DNA from: Snuella lapsa
GTDB lineage: Bacteria; Bacteroidota; Bacteroidia; Flavobacteriales; Flavobacteriaceae
Length of the DNA stretch: 64,000 bases
Direction of reading: 5' to 3'
NCBI RefSeq assembly: GCF_039539345.1
Contig: NZ_BAABCY010000086.1
Coordinates: 16,859-80,858 of the forward strand
The translations under genes and the position numbers were made by a program. The notes beneath the pieces were generated by a model. It was not told where the DNA came from. It was given only the letters and a program-made list of their open reading frames with translations, and ran no database searches. Below are positions 39,280 to 49,258 of the stretch, in pieces. How positions within the stretch are numbered: the first letter of the stretch is position 1; each line of letters opens with the position of its first letter.

Positions 39280-39390
39280 ATTTAAGTACCATTTATGAAG
39301 TACAAAATACGATATATGAAGTTTGAAGTTTGATTATATATGCTACTTAAAAAAAACTAGCCCAAACTTTAAACTTTTAACAATATAAAT

Positions 39391-39747
39391 ATGAAAAACG
39401 AATTAATGAATAGAACAAAGCAATTTGCTTTAGATTGTTGGAGTTTTTGTTTTAGAGTTCCTAAATCTCGAGAGTACAATGCATTTGTGAATCAATTAAT
39501 TCGGAGCTCAAGTTCAGTTGGTGCTAATTACAGAGCGTCTCAAAGAGCTAAATCAACAGCTGATTTTATAAATAAGTTAAAAATTGTTGAAGAAGAAGCT
39601 GACGAAAGTGTGTATTGGTTGGAAATTTTTAATGAAATCCTTCCGGAAAATTCAAAAGAAACAGATAAACTTATGAATGAAGGTAAAGAATTATTAGCTA
39701 TTACAGTAGCTTCAATAAAAACAGCTAAACGAAATAATAAAAAGTAG
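39391..39747 (+). CDS. Four-helix-bundle protein (TIGR02436-like) inserted in the his operon
   Basis: 118 aa, all-helical; belongs to a widespread Bacteroidota small-protein family. Confidence 0.6.
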   Translation: MKNELMNRTKQFALDCWSFCFRVPKSREYNAFVNQLIRSSSSVGANYRASQRAKSTADFINKLKIVEEEADESVYWLEIFNEILPENSKETDKLMNEGKELLAITVASIKTAKRNNKK

Positions 39748-39805
39748 TCGATATGTCACCTAACTTTGTACTTCTAATATTTAACTTATAAAATTTAATT
39801 TTTGA

Positions 39806-40540
39806 ATGAGAATAATACCAGCCATAGATATCATAGACGGTAAATGTGTTCGCTTAACAAAAGGGGATTACGACACCAAAAAAGTTTATAACGAAAATCC
39901 ATTAGAAGTTGCTAAGGCATTTGAAGATGCTGGTATAGAATACTTGCATTTGGTGGATCTTGACGGAGCCAAAGCACAGCATATCGTGAATTACAAAGTA
40001 TTGGAGCAAATAGCCTCAAAAACAGCTTTAAAAATTGACTTTGGTGGTGGATTGAAAGCCAACGAAGATTTGCATATTGCTTTTAATTCTGGTGCGCGCC
40101 AAGTAACGGGCGGTAGTATTGCTGTTAAGAACCCGAATGTGTTTGAAGGTTGGATTGAAAAATATGGATCAGCGAAAATCATTTTGGGAGCAGATAGTGA
40201 CCACGGTAAAATTTCTATAGGAGGTTGGACAGAGCAAAGTGAAGAAGACCTTATCCCGTTTATTAAATCATACCAAAGAAAAAGCATTCAATACGTTATC
40301 TGTACCGATATTTCCAAGGACGGCATGTTAGAAGGGCCTGCTATTGAATTGTATAAAGATATTATTGCCGCTTGTTCTAATAGTAGCAAGGGACAATCAA
40401 TTAAGTTAATAGCGTCGGGAGGCATATCCTCCATAGATGAATTGCCTTTGCTTAAAGAAGCTGGATGTGAAGGTGTAATAATAGGCAAAGCTATTTATGA
40501 GGACAGAATCAGTTTAAAACAACTAGAAAAATTTGTGTAA
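39806..40540 (+). CDS. hisA: 1-(5-phosphoribosyl)-5-[(5-phosphoribosylamino)methylideneamino]imidazole-4-carboxamide isomerase
   Basis: (beta/alpha)8 HisA motifs ([14 protein letters not shown]). Confidence 0.9.
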   Translation: MRIIPAIDIIDGKCVRLTKGDYDTKKVYNENPLEVAKAFEDAGIEYLHLVDLDGAKAQHIVNYKVLEQIASKTALKIDFGGGLKANEDLHIAFNSGARQVTGGSIAVKNPNVFEGWIEKYGSAKIILGADSDHGKISIGGWTEQSEEDLIPFIKSYQRKSIQYVICTDISKDGMLEGPAIELYKDIIAACSNSSKGQSIKLIASGGISSIDELPLLKEAGCEGVIIGKAIYEDRISLKQLEKFV

Positions 40541-40570
40541 TTAAGTTTGAAGTTCAAGTATTAACGCTTC

Positions 40571-40591
40571 CAACTTCCAACTTCCAACTTT
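40571..40591. repeat. Tandem heptads CAACTTC-CAACTTC-CAACTTT in the hisA-hisF spacer
   Basis: Direct reading; inverse-complementary GAAGTT copies lie just upstream (40545-40556). Confidence 0.6.
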
Positions 40592-40596
40592 AAAGT

Positions 40597-41352
40597 ATGT
40601 TAACAAAACGTATTATACCCTGTTTAGATATAAAGAATGGGCGAACCGTTAAAGGTGTTAATTTTGTAGACTTAAGAGATGCTGGTGATCCTGTCGAGCT
40701 AGCAAAGCAATACGCTGCTATAGGTGCAGACGAGTTGGTGTTCTTGGATATTTCTGCTACGATAGAAGAAAGGGCAACTACCCTTGACATGGTACTACAT
40801 GTTGCCGAACAAGTTAATATTCCCTTTACCGTTGGTGGCGGCATTTCTTCGGTAGAAGATGTTGATGCACTCCTAAAATGTGGTGCCGATAAAGTATCTG
40901 TTAATTCCTCTGCAGTAAAGCGACCAGATCTGGTCAACGAATTAGCCGATAAATTTGGGAGCCAATGTGTTGTTGTAGCCATTGATGCCAAACAAATTAA
41001 TGGAGAATGGAAAGTACACTTAGCAGGCGGTAGTATTCCAACAGATATCGATTTGTTCGAATGGGCCAAAGAAGTGGAACAACGTGGTGCCGGTGAAATA
41101 TTATTTACCTCAATGGATCATGATGGTACCAAAAATGGATTTGCCAATATAGCATTAGCAAGATTGTCTGAAGAACTAAATATTCCCGTAATAGCTTCAG
41201 GAGGCGCTGGAAATGTACAACACTTTATAGATACATTTAAAATAGGTAAAGCCGATGCCGCATTGGCAGCTAGTGTGTTCCATTTTGGAGAAATTCCTAT
41301 TCCAGATTTGAAAAAAGAATTAAACGATAATAATATAGAGGTGCGCCTTTAA
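40597..41352 (+). CDS. hisF: Imidazole glycerol phosphate synthase cyclase subunit
   Basis: HisF motifs ([12 protein letters not shown]). Confidence 0.9.
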   Translation: MLTKRIIPCLDIKNGRTVKGVNFVDLRDAGDPVELAKQYAAIGADELVFLDISATIEERATTLDMVLHVAEQVNIPFTVGGGISSVEDVDALLKCGADKVSVNSSAVKRPDLVNELADKFGSQCVVVAIDAKQINGEWKVHLAGGSIPTDIDLFEWAKEVEQRGAGEILFTSMDHDGTKNGFANIALARLSEELNIPVIASGGAGNVQHFIDTFKIGKADAALAASVFHFGEIPIPDLKKELNDNNIEVRL

Positions 41353-41373
41353 GCATTATATAAAGATTGAATT

Positions 41374-41967
41374 ATGGATATTAAATACAATAAAGAAGGT
41401 TTGGTTCCCGCAATCATTCAGGATGCAATAACTAAAAATGTTTTAATGTTAGGTTATATGAATGAAGAAGCTTACAACAAAACCATTGAAACCAAACAAG
41501 TCACTTTTTATAGTAGGAGCAAACAGCGTTTATGGACCAAAGGAGAAGAGAGTGGTAACTTTTTAAACCTGGTTGATATAAAAAATGATTGCGATAATGA
41601 TACGCTATTGTTACAAGTAGAACCTGTCGGACCTACATGCCATAAAGGAACCGATACCTGTTGGGGAGAAAAAAACATGGCATCCTATGGATTCTTATCC
41701 AAATTGGAAAACGTTATTGAAGAACGTGTTGCTAATAAAGACACTAATAAATCGTACGTAGCAAGCTTGTTTGCTAAGGGGATTAATAAGGTAGCTCAAA
41801 AAGTAGGAGAGGAAGCTGTTGAAACGGTTATAGAAGCAATGGATAACAATGACGAACTATTTCTATATGAGTCCGCAGACTTACTGTTTCACTATTTAAT
41901 GCTCCTGCAAGCAAAAGGATTTAGATTAAAAGATATTGAAGACGAATTAAAAGGCAGGCAAAAATAA
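41374..41967 (+). CDS. hisIE: Bifunctional phosphoribosyl-AMP cyclohydrolase / phosphoribosyl-ATP diphosphatase
   Basis: 197 aa HisI-HisE fusion. Confidence 0.85.
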   Translation: MDIKYNKEGLVPAIIQDAITKNVLMLGYMNEEAYNKTIETKQVTFYSRSKQRLWTKGEESGNFLNLVDIKNDCDNDTLLLQVEPVGPTCHKGTDTCWGEKNMASYGFLSKLENVIEERVANKDTNKSYVASLFAKGINKVAQKVGEEAVETVIEAMDNNDELFLYESADLLFHYLMLLQAKGFRLKDIEDELKGRQK

Positions 41968-41972
41968 AAACA

Positions 41973-42004
41973 GAGGCATTGTTTTGGTTAAACAACAATG
42001 CCTC
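41973..42004. terminator. Bidirectional terminator after the his operon (gaggcattgtt / aacaatgcctc)
   Basis: 11-bp perfect stem between convergent genes. Confidence 0.6.
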
Positions 42005-42031
42005 ATCAAAGTTTGGTTGGTTTATTTCAAG

Positions 42032-42451
42032 TTAATGTATCCATTTTTTAGTTTTAGAGTGCTTAGAAAACCAAACTAAGAATAAAGCAAAAACAATGAT
42101 GGAAATGGTCATTCCTATGTTGTCTGTTATACCTTTGGAAAAAAAGTACCCCATTTGTATTACAACTGTTATAAAAGAGAGTACGAACAGCGGGTAGGCC
42201 CATCCTTTTCTAAGTAAAAGTCCAATGCTGGCAATTGTTGCCGAGAAAACGGCAATCGCAAAAGCAGCAGTAATCCAAGCAGGCGTACTGGAAGCTAACT
42301 CTAATTGTTCTGAAGTCATGGCAGCCTGCCATCGCTCCGTTTCATAAGCCTGACCTAAATATTGATCGACGCCCATAGCGTTCCAAAAAAGTGCAATAAT
42401 GCTTACTACCCAAAACCAAATAGCAGGCTTATTCTCATTGTTTAAAGTCAT
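42032..42451 (-). CDS. Hypothetical 4-TM membrane protein
   Basis: 139 aa, hydrophobic. Confidence 0.45.
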   Translation of the reverse strand: MTLNNENKPAIWFWVVSIIALFWNAMGVDQYLGQAYETERWQAAMTSEQLELASSTPAWITAAFAIAVFSATIASIGLLLRKGWAYPLFVLSFITVVIQMGYFFSKGITDNIGMTISIIVFALFLVWFSKHSKTKKWIH

Positions 42452-42548
42452 AATTTGTTAGTTTTTAGTTAGTGAAAAACATTACAAATTATAAAATTTT
42501 TGTCACAATTAATAATTACCTTAATTTTCCGCCTCTTTAAAAAACATA

Positions 42549-43325
42549 ATGAAGAAATATTTTTATGTCATTACCATTCAATATTTAGGATATCGTTTTC
42601 ATGGTTGGCAAAAGCAGCCCGATGTAAAAACGCTGCATTTAATGATCGATAGAACATTAAACTTTATTCTTGATGGTAAACGCTTTAAAAGCCTAGGGGC
42701 AGGGAGGACAGACGCTATGGTTTCAGCTGAAAATGCTGCTTTCGAGTTGTTTGTATTTGAGCCTATCGAAGATTTGGACGCGTTTTTAGCTCTATTTAAT
42801 CATAATTTACCTCAAGATATCCGTGCTACTGGTATCCGAGAAGTCGATGCTAAATTTAATATTATAAAGCATTCAAAAATCAAAGAGTATAACTATTTGT
42901 TCACTTATGGAGCAAAGTGTCATCCGTTTTGTGCACCCATAATGACTACTATTTTGGATGATTTGGATATAGAGTTAATGAAACAGGGAGCTAAATTATT
43001 TGAGGGGTCGCATAACTTTAAATCCTATTGCTTTCGGCCAACAGATAATGGTATTTATGATCGTGAAATTTTAACATGCGAACTGGTAGAAAATACAATT
43101 TATCAAGCTAATTACTTTCCTAAGCATAGTTATTTACTGCGTGTAAGAGGCAAAGGGTTTATGCGTAACCAAATCCGACTAATGATGGGGACGCTTATAG
43201 ATTTGGGGAAAAACAAGCTAAGTATAGAAGATATTAAAAACAGTTTAAAACCTAATAGCTATGCGAGAATGGAATATATAGCACCAGCCTCTGGATTGAT
43301 TTTAAAAGCCATCGATTTTGAGTAA
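42549..43325 (+). CDS. truA: tRNA pseudouridine(38-40) synthase
   Basis: TruA N-terminal motif and catalytic Asp region (GAGRTDA). Confidence 0.85.
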   Translation: MKKYFYVITIQYLGYRFHGWQKQPDVKTLHLMIDRTLNFILDGKRFKSLGAGRTDAMVSAENAAFELFVFEPIEDLDAFLALFNHNLPQDIRATGIREVDAKFNIIKHSKIKEYNYLFTYGAKCHPFCAPIMTTILDDLDIELMKQGAKLFEGSHNFKSYCFRPTDNGIYDREILTCELVENTIYQANYFPKHSYLLRVRGKGFMRNQIRLMMGTLIDLGKNKLSIEDIKNSLKPNSYARMEYIAPASGLILKAIDFE

Positions 43326-43549
43326 AGTATCTTAGCGTATTTTAGTTCTATTATAAAATAGACACTATTTTTTAGATTACTATATTCCTTCCCGAAAAGG
43401 ATTCAGGTGTAATAATGCTTTCTTATTAAAGCTATTTTATTATTACTTCATTATTATAATAATTGTCTATATTCGAATGAAATTAGCCAATGCTGTTGTT
43501 TCTTTTGTAATAATCCGCATATATTTAGATAATTGATGAAATTAAATTA

Positions 43550-44365
43550 ATGAAAATTAAACTGCTCTTTTTAGTTGTTCTATACAATTGCTTTAGCCTG
43601 ATGGCGTCTCAGGTTGATACCCTAACGGTTACGAGCCTATCAATGAATAAGGCCATAAAGAACGTTGTAATATTACCCGATAGTTACACTTTAAAGGAAG
43701 GTGAATTTCCTGTATTGTATTTATTGCATGGTGCCGGTGATGATTTTTCAAAATGGTTAACTACTGTGCCGCACATAAAAGACATTGCTGATACCTATAA
43801 CATGATTATAGTGTGTCCAGATGGTGGTTATACCAGTTGGTATTTTGATAGTCCTGTTGACAGCTCAATGAAATATGAAACTTATGTTTACAAAGAGTTG
43901 ATAAATGCCATAGACACAAAGTACAATACCATTAAAGAAAAGAGCGGTCGTGCTATAACCGGTTTGAGTATGGGAGGGCATGGTGCCTTATATCTGGCGT
44001 TTAGGCATCAGAACATATGGGGGGCTGCAGGAAGTATGAGTGGTGGTGTTGATATTCGTCCTTTTCCCAACAATTGGGATATCAGTAAGCGACTGGGTAA
44101 ATATCCAGAGAATAAGGAGGGATGGGAGAATAATACGGTAATTAACCTTGTACATTTATTGGATGGCGATTTAAGTCTCATTATAGACTGTGGTTACGAT
44201 GATTTCTTCTTTGATGTCAACAAGAAGCTGCATAAAAAACTACTTGAAAGAAACATTGCACACGATTTTATTGAACGTCCCGGTAAGCATAACTGGAAAT
44301 ATTGGACTAATGCTATTAAATATCAAATAATGTTCTTTAATGATTACTTCCGGAAGAATAACTAA
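43550..44365 (+). CDS. Secreted alpha/beta-hydrolase esterase (esterase D / 'putative esterase' family)
   Basis: Signal peptide; GLSMGGHGA nucleophile elbow. Confidence 0.7.
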   Translation: MKIKLLFLVVLYNCFSLMASQVDTLTVTSLSMNKAIKNVVILPDSYTLKEGEFPVLYLLHGAGDDFSKWLTTVPHIKDIADTYNMIIVCPDGGYTSWYFDSPVDSSMKYETYVYKELINAIDTKYNTIKEKSGRAITGLSMGGHGALYLAFRHQNIWGAAGSMSGGVDIRPFPNNWDISKRLGKYPENKEGWENNTVINLVHLLDGDLSLIIDCGYDDFFFDVNKKLHKKLLERNIAHDFIERPGKHNWKYWTNAIKYQIMFFNDYFRKNN

Positions 44366-44404
44366 ATGTAACCTGTAAATAACATAACTCTAAAACCTTT
44401 TATC

Positions 44405-45082
44405 ATGAGTACACAAGTTCCAAAAACAGCTTTAGACTTTTTTAAAAACCTTGAAAAGAATAATAACCGTGACTGGTTTAATGATCACAAAAAGGAATTT
44501 AAAACCATAGAAGCACAGGTAAAACAAGTTTATAATGTGGTTATGGAGCTGCTTAGAAAACATGATGATATTGATAAACTTAAGATGTTTAGGATCTATC
44601 GCGACGTACGCTTTTCAAAAAACAAACTTCCGTATAAAACGCATTTTGGAGGTGCTTTTCACCGTACTAAGCCCCAATTACGTGGCGGATATTATTTACA
44701 CATTCAACCTAACAATGAAAGCTTTATAGCAACTGGGTTTTGGGAGCCAGCCAAAGAAGACCTGTTTCATATAAGAAAGGAATTTGAAATGGACGATCAG
44801 GAAATCCGAGACATTATTAACGAGCCACAATTTAAAAGCATTTGGGGTGATTTTGTAGGTGATGAAGTTAAAACAGCTCCTAAGGGTTTCAGTAAAGATC
44901 ACAAAGCTATAGACTTGATAAAAAAGAAGCAATATATCTTTGTTAAGAAATTTACAGATAAAGAAGTTCTAGATGCCAACTTCATTACTAAAGTCGATGA
45001 GGCTTTCAAGGCCATACGTCCTTACTTTGATTATATGAGCGATGTCCTTACAACCGACTTAAACGGTGTGTCCCTTATTTAA
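44405..45082 (+). CDS. DUF2461 (TIGR02453) family protein
   Basis: Characteristic N-terminal FF(K/E)xLxxNNxRxWF motif. Confidence 0.65.
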   Translation: MSTQVPKTALDFFKNLEKNNNRDWFNDHKKEFKTIEAQVKQVYNVVMELLRKHDDIDKLKMFRIYRDVRFSKNKLPYKTHFGGAFHRTKPQLRGGYYLHIQPNNESFIATGFWEPAKEDLFHIRKEFEMDDQEIRDIINEPQFKSIWGDFVGDEVKTAPKGFSKDHKAIDLIKKKQYIFVKKFTDKEVLDANFITKVDEAFKAIRPYFDYMSDVLTTDLNGVSLI

Positions 45083-45101
45083 TTGTAAATTTAAAACAGG
45101 T

Positions 45102-45518
45102 TTAAACTACAGCCAAAAGCTCTGGCTTTTCCAAAAGCTGTATGTTGTCGATTAAACGTTCTTTAACAAGTTGCATCATACGCTTGTTAAGGGCAGAAGA
45201 ATTTTGAATGTAAACCAAATACTCTTCAACTGTAAATTGTCCGATAACGATCCCTTTTAAGGAATTTCTGAATTTCATATCACGTTGAATGGCATTTTCA
45301 ATGTAATCAATGCGTTTATCCAGTTTTAGTCCATAGAAAACAGATTTGTGCTTATTGGCATAATTTTTAAACACTTCTATCAAAAGGTCATTTTGAAGCT
45401 TGATAACAGGTCTTAAAACTTGATTTTGGAACCGTTCGTCAGAACTCATATTGTCGTTAATTGTGGCTTCAGGGACTTCCGGACGAATACTTTTTAGGTT
45501 AAGATGTCTTGTATTCAT
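45102..45518 (-). CDS. Hypothetical protein
   Basis: 138 aa clean ORF. Confidence 0.4.
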   Translation of the reverse strand: MNTRHLNLKSIRPEVPEATINDNMSSDERFQNQVLRPVIKLQNDLLIEVFKNYANKHKSVFYGLKLDKRIDYIENAIQRDMKFRNSLKGIVIGQFTVEEYLVYIQNSSALNKRMMQLVKERLIDNIQLLEKPELLAVV

Positions 45519-45651
45519 GATTAAGAGTTTTACTAAAATTAGAGATTATTGGTACGCATTGTAGGGAATCCCTCTTTTAATTATCAACGACCTTATTAAC
45601 AATAACAATTTTCCTATCTTTAAATCCTCAAAAAAAAGAGCCTGTAACGAC

Positions 45652-46539
45652 ATGAAGTTTGGAAGTGTAGATAACCCCGAAATTATTGATTTTACCTTAC
45701 CCCAAGATCATCCAAAAACGAAAACTGTTTTAAACAAGCATAAAGACGACAACATACCTGATGTATACATAGGTTGTGCCAAATGGAATCGGGCAGATCT
45801 CAAAGGATTCTATCCAAGGGGAACCAAAGATGAATTGGTGTACTATGCCTCACAATTCAATGCCATAGAACTAAACGCTACCTTTTACAGAATATTTCCG
45901 CCCGAACAATTTACAACTTGGTACAAGAAAACCCCAGAAGGATTTAAGTTTTTCCCTAAACTCAATCAGGAAATTAGTCATTGGAAGCGTTTGAACGGTA
46001 TCAAGGAAGTGGTGGAGCATTATTTATATAGTGCGATCAATTTAAAGGAAAAACTAGGAACTATATTCTTGCAATTACATAATAATTTTTCACCTAAAGA
46101 TTTTAATAGGGTCGTTCAATTTGTAGAGGCCTGGCCTAAAGAATTACCGTTAGCTATTGAGTTTAGGCATACCGATTGGTATAACGATTCATTGGTAGCC
46201 AAAGATTTATACCAACTGTTGGAACAAAACAATATTTCTAATGTTATAGTAGACACAGCCGGAAGACGTGATTTATTGCACATGCGTCTAACAAATGCAA
46301 CAGCTTTTGTTCGTTATGTTGGGGCCAATCACCCAAGTGATTACATCCGTTTAGACGATTGGGTAACACGCTTAAAAACATGGAAGGAGGAAGGGATCAA
46401 AGAAGTCGATTTTTTTATACACCAAAATATAGAAAAAGAATCTCCATTATTATCCACCTATTTCATTAAAAAGATTAATGAACAATTAGGGTACACCTTA
46501 AAGATTCCTAATGAGCAGGCGCAACAGACATTACTTTAA
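45652..46539 (+). CDS. DUF72 (UPF0759) family protein
   Basis: LNATFYRIFPPEQF motif. Confidence 0.65.
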   Translation: MKFGSVDNPEIIDFTLPQDHPKTKTVLNKHKDDNIPDVYIGCAKWNRADLKGFYPRGTKDELVYYASQFNAIELNATFYRIFPPEQFTTWYKKTPEGFKFFPKLNQEISHWKRLNGIKEVVEHYLYSAINLKEKLGTIFLQLHNNFSPKDFNRVVQFVEAWPKELPLAIEFRHTDWYNDSLVAKDLYQLLEQNNISNVIVDTAGRRDLLHMRLTNATAFVRYVGANHPSDYIRLDDWVTRLKTWKEEGIKEVDFFIHQNIEKESPLLSTYFIKKINEQLGYTLKIPNEQAQQTLL

Positions 46540-46560
46540 ATAAAATTAAAAATACACTAC

Positions 46561-46947
46561 ATGAGATTTCACACAAGGAAATGGGTTAAACCAGAAGATT
46601 TAAATCCAAACGGAACATTATTTGGCGGTCGTCTTTTAGAATGGATTGACGAAGAAGCAGCATTGTATACCATCATTCAATTGGAAAATCAGAAGGTCGT
46701 TACCAAATACATGAGCGAAATAGATTTTAGAGCTTCAGCAAGAGAAGGTGACATCATAGAAATTGGTATAGATGTTGTAAAATTTGGAACGGCATCGCTT
46801 ACATTAAGCTGTGAGGTTAGAAATAAAATGACCAGAGAAACTATAATAACCATTTCAAATATTGTAATGGTTAACTTAGACAGCGACGGAAAGCCTAAAC
46901 CACATGGGAAAACTCGCATAGAATATGTGGCTGACAGATTGGAATAA
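46561..46947 (+). CDS. Acyl-CoA thioester hydrolase (YciA-like hotdog)
   Basis: 128 aa hotdog thioesterase (NPNGTLFGGRLLEWIDE). Confidence 0.6.
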   Translation: MRFHTRKWVKPEDLNPNGTLFGGRLLEWIDEEAALYTIIQLENQKVVTKYMSEIDFRASAREGDIIEIGIDVVKFGTASLTLSCEVRNKMTRETIITISNIVMVNLDSDGKPKPHGKTRIEYVADRLE

Positions 46948-47177
46948 AGGCATAAACAGTCACTTTGAAAATTTTAAGTGATTTTAATGTTCTGTTGCAT
47001 TTAATTCAATTTATATACCATCTATTGGTAATTTTATAAAAATTTAATACCAAAGCATCTTAAACATTTAAATAGCAACAATAAAATACAGTTTTTTATA
47101 AATTTGTTGCTCTTATAGCTTATGCAGCTTAATTTCAGTAGTTGTGTATAAGTTTTAATACAAAATTAAAGATATTT

Positions 47178-48572
47178 ATGAGCAAAACATTGTTTGACAA
47201 AGTATGGGATTCCCATGTTGTAAGAAAGATTGAAGGTGGACCGGATGTGTTTTTTATAGACCGTCATTTCATTCATGAAGTAACGAGCCCTGTAGCCTTT
47301 TTAGGCTTAAAAAACAGAGGGTTAAAAGTGTTGTATCCAGAGCGTACCTTTGCGACAGCCGATCACAATACACCTACTATAAACCAGCATTTACCTGTTG
47401 AAGATCCCTTATCTGCAAATCAATTAAAAGCCTTAGAAGATAACTCTAAAGAGCACGGTATAAGTCATTGGGGGTTAGGGCATAAAAAAAATGGTATTGT
47501 ACATGTTGTAGGACCAGAGAATGGTATTACATTCCCAGGTGCGACGATTGTTTGTGGAGACTCGCACACTTCTACACACGGAGCGTTTGGAGCCATAGCG
47601 TTTGGTATTGGAACTTCAGAAGTGGAAATGGTGTTGTCTACACAATGTATTATGCAGCCTAAGCCCAAAAAGATGCGTATTAATATTAATGGGCAATTAG
47701 GTAAAGGTGTAACCCCAAAAGATGTTGCCTTATATATCATATCTCAGTTAACAACATCGGGAGCAACAGGCTATTTTGTAGAGTATGCTGGCGATGTGTT
47801 TGAAAACATGACCATGGAAGGGCGTATGACCGTATGTAACTTGTCGATTGAGATGGGAGCACGTGGTGGTATGATCGCACCAGACGAAACAACTTTTGCA
47901 TATTTAAAAGACAAGCCATTATCTCCTAAAGGAGAAGCTTGGGACGGGGCAGTAGCTCACTGGAAAACTCTGAAAACAGATGCAGGTGCTACGTTTGATA
48001 AAGAATTAACATTCAGTGCTAGTGATATTGAACCCATGATAACCTACGGAACTAATCCTGGAATGGGGATAGGTATATCTAAACATATCCCTAATGCTGA
48101 AGCCGTAGAGGGAGGCGTAGCTACCTATAAAAAATCTTTGGATTATATGGGATACAATGAAAATGATTCGATGATCGGTAAAAAGGTTGACTATGTGTTT
48201 TTAGGAAGCTGTACTAATGGCCGTATTGAAGATTTTCGTGCTTTTGCATCCATAGTGAAAGGAAAGAAAAAAGCAGATCATGTAACAGCTTGGCTGGTTC
48301 CAGGGTCGCATGAAGTAGAAGATAAGATTAAAGATGAGGGTATTTTGGATATTCTTACCGAGGCTGGCTTCTCTCTAAGACAACCAGGGTGTTCTGCCTG
48401 TCTGGCAATGAATGACGATAAAGTGCCAGCAGGAAAGTATGCTGTAAGTACTTCTAACAGAAACTTTGAAGGACGTCAAGGGCCAGGATCCAGAACCTTA
48501 TTAGCAAGTCCGTTAGTAGCCGCTGCTGCAGCTGTTACCGGAGTTGTAACAGATCCAAGAACACTTTTGTAA
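47178..48572 (+). CDS. leuC: 3-isopropylmalate dehydratase large subunit
   Basis: Aconitase-family Fe-S cysteines and LeuC motifs; track ORF begins 47142, MSKTLFDK at 47178 is the likely start. Confidence 0.9.
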   Translation: MSKTLFDKVWDSHVVRKIEGGPDVFFIDRHFIHEVTSPVAFLGLKNRGLKVLYPERTFATADHNTPTINQHLPVEDPLSANQLKALEDNSKEHGISHWGLGHKKNGIVHVVGPENGITFPGATIVCGDSHTSTHGAFGAIAFGIGTSEVEMVLSTQCIMQPKPKKMRININGQLGKGVTPKDVALYIISQLTTSGATGYFVEYAGDVFENMTMEGRMTVCNLSIEMGARGGMIAPDETTFAYLKDKPLSPKGEAWDGAVAHWKTLKTDAGATFDKELTFSASDIEPMITYGTNPGMGIGISKHIPNAEAVEGGVATYKKSLDYMGYNENDSMIGKKVDYVFLGSCTNGRIEDFRAFASIVKGKKKADHVTAWLVPGSHEVEDKIKDEGILDILTEAGFSLRQPGCSACLAMNDDKVPAGKYAVSTSNRNFEGRQGPGSRTLLASPLVAAAAAVTGVVTDPRTLL

Positions 48573-48624
48573 TTAAAAATTAAAAATGAATAGTTAAAAG
48601 TTAAAGAGGGCATTCAAAAGCTCT

Positions 48625-48652
48625 AAACTTTAAACTTTAAACTTTAAACTTT
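48625..48652. repeat. Tandem heptads (AAACTTT)x4 in the leuC-leuD spacer
   Basis: Direct reading. Confidence 0.6.
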
Positions 48653-48659
48653 CAAAAAA

Positions 48660-49256
48660 ATGGCTTACGATAAATTTAATGTATTAGCAAGTACAGCGGT
48701 TCCTTTACCTTTAGAGAATGTAGATACCGATCAAATTATACCAGCACGTTTCTTAAAAGCCACTAAGCGTGAAGGTTTTGGTGATAATTTATTTCGCGAC
48801 TGGCGTTATAATGCAGACGATACACCTAAAGAAAACTTTGTATTAAATAACCCTACTTATAGCGGTAAAATACTGGTGGCAGGAAAGAACTTTGGTTCTG
48901 GATCTTCTAGAGAGCATGCTGCTTGGGCTGTATATGATTACGGATTCCGTTGTGTAGTGTCGAGTTTTTTTGCAGATATTTTTAGAAATAACTGTTTAAA
49001 TATTGGTGTATTACCTGTACAGGTAAGTTCTGAGTTTTCAGAACAAATATTTAACGCTATCTACGACGATCCCAATACAGAAATAGTTGTAGATCTACCG
49101 AATCAAACCATAACTATTGCCGCTACTGGTGCACAAGAATCATTCGATATAAATAGTTATAAAAAGGAAAACATGCTAAATGGTTTCGATGATATAGACT
49201 ATTTACAGAACATGAAAGGTGAAATAGAAACGTTTGCTAACGGTTTGTTGCTATAA
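48660..49256 (+). CDS. leuD: 3-isopropylmalate dehydratase small subunit
   Basis: 198 aa LeuD. Confidence 0.9.
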   Translation: MAYDKFNVLASTAVPLPLENVDTDQIIPARFLKATKREGFGDNLFRDWRYNADDTPKENFVLNNPTYSGKILVAGKNFGSGSSREHAAWAVYDYGFRCVVSSFFADIFRNNCLNIGVLPVQVSSEFSEQIFNAIYDDPNTEIVVDLPNQTITIAATGAQESFDINSYKKENMLNGFDDIDYLQNMKGEIETFANGLLL

Positions 49257-49258
49257 CA

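Noticed and set aside
40571-40591. Considered whether the heptad tandem repeats could be a degenerate CRISPR array
   Set aside because: Units are only 7 nt with no spacers, and there are no cas genes or leader. They are simple tandem repeats.
46948-47177. Searched for a Leu-codon leader peptide / attenuator upstream of leuC, by analogy with the his leader
   Set aside because: No mini-ORF with a run of Leu codons and no terminator hairpin with a U-tract; only a long AT-rich 5' region.
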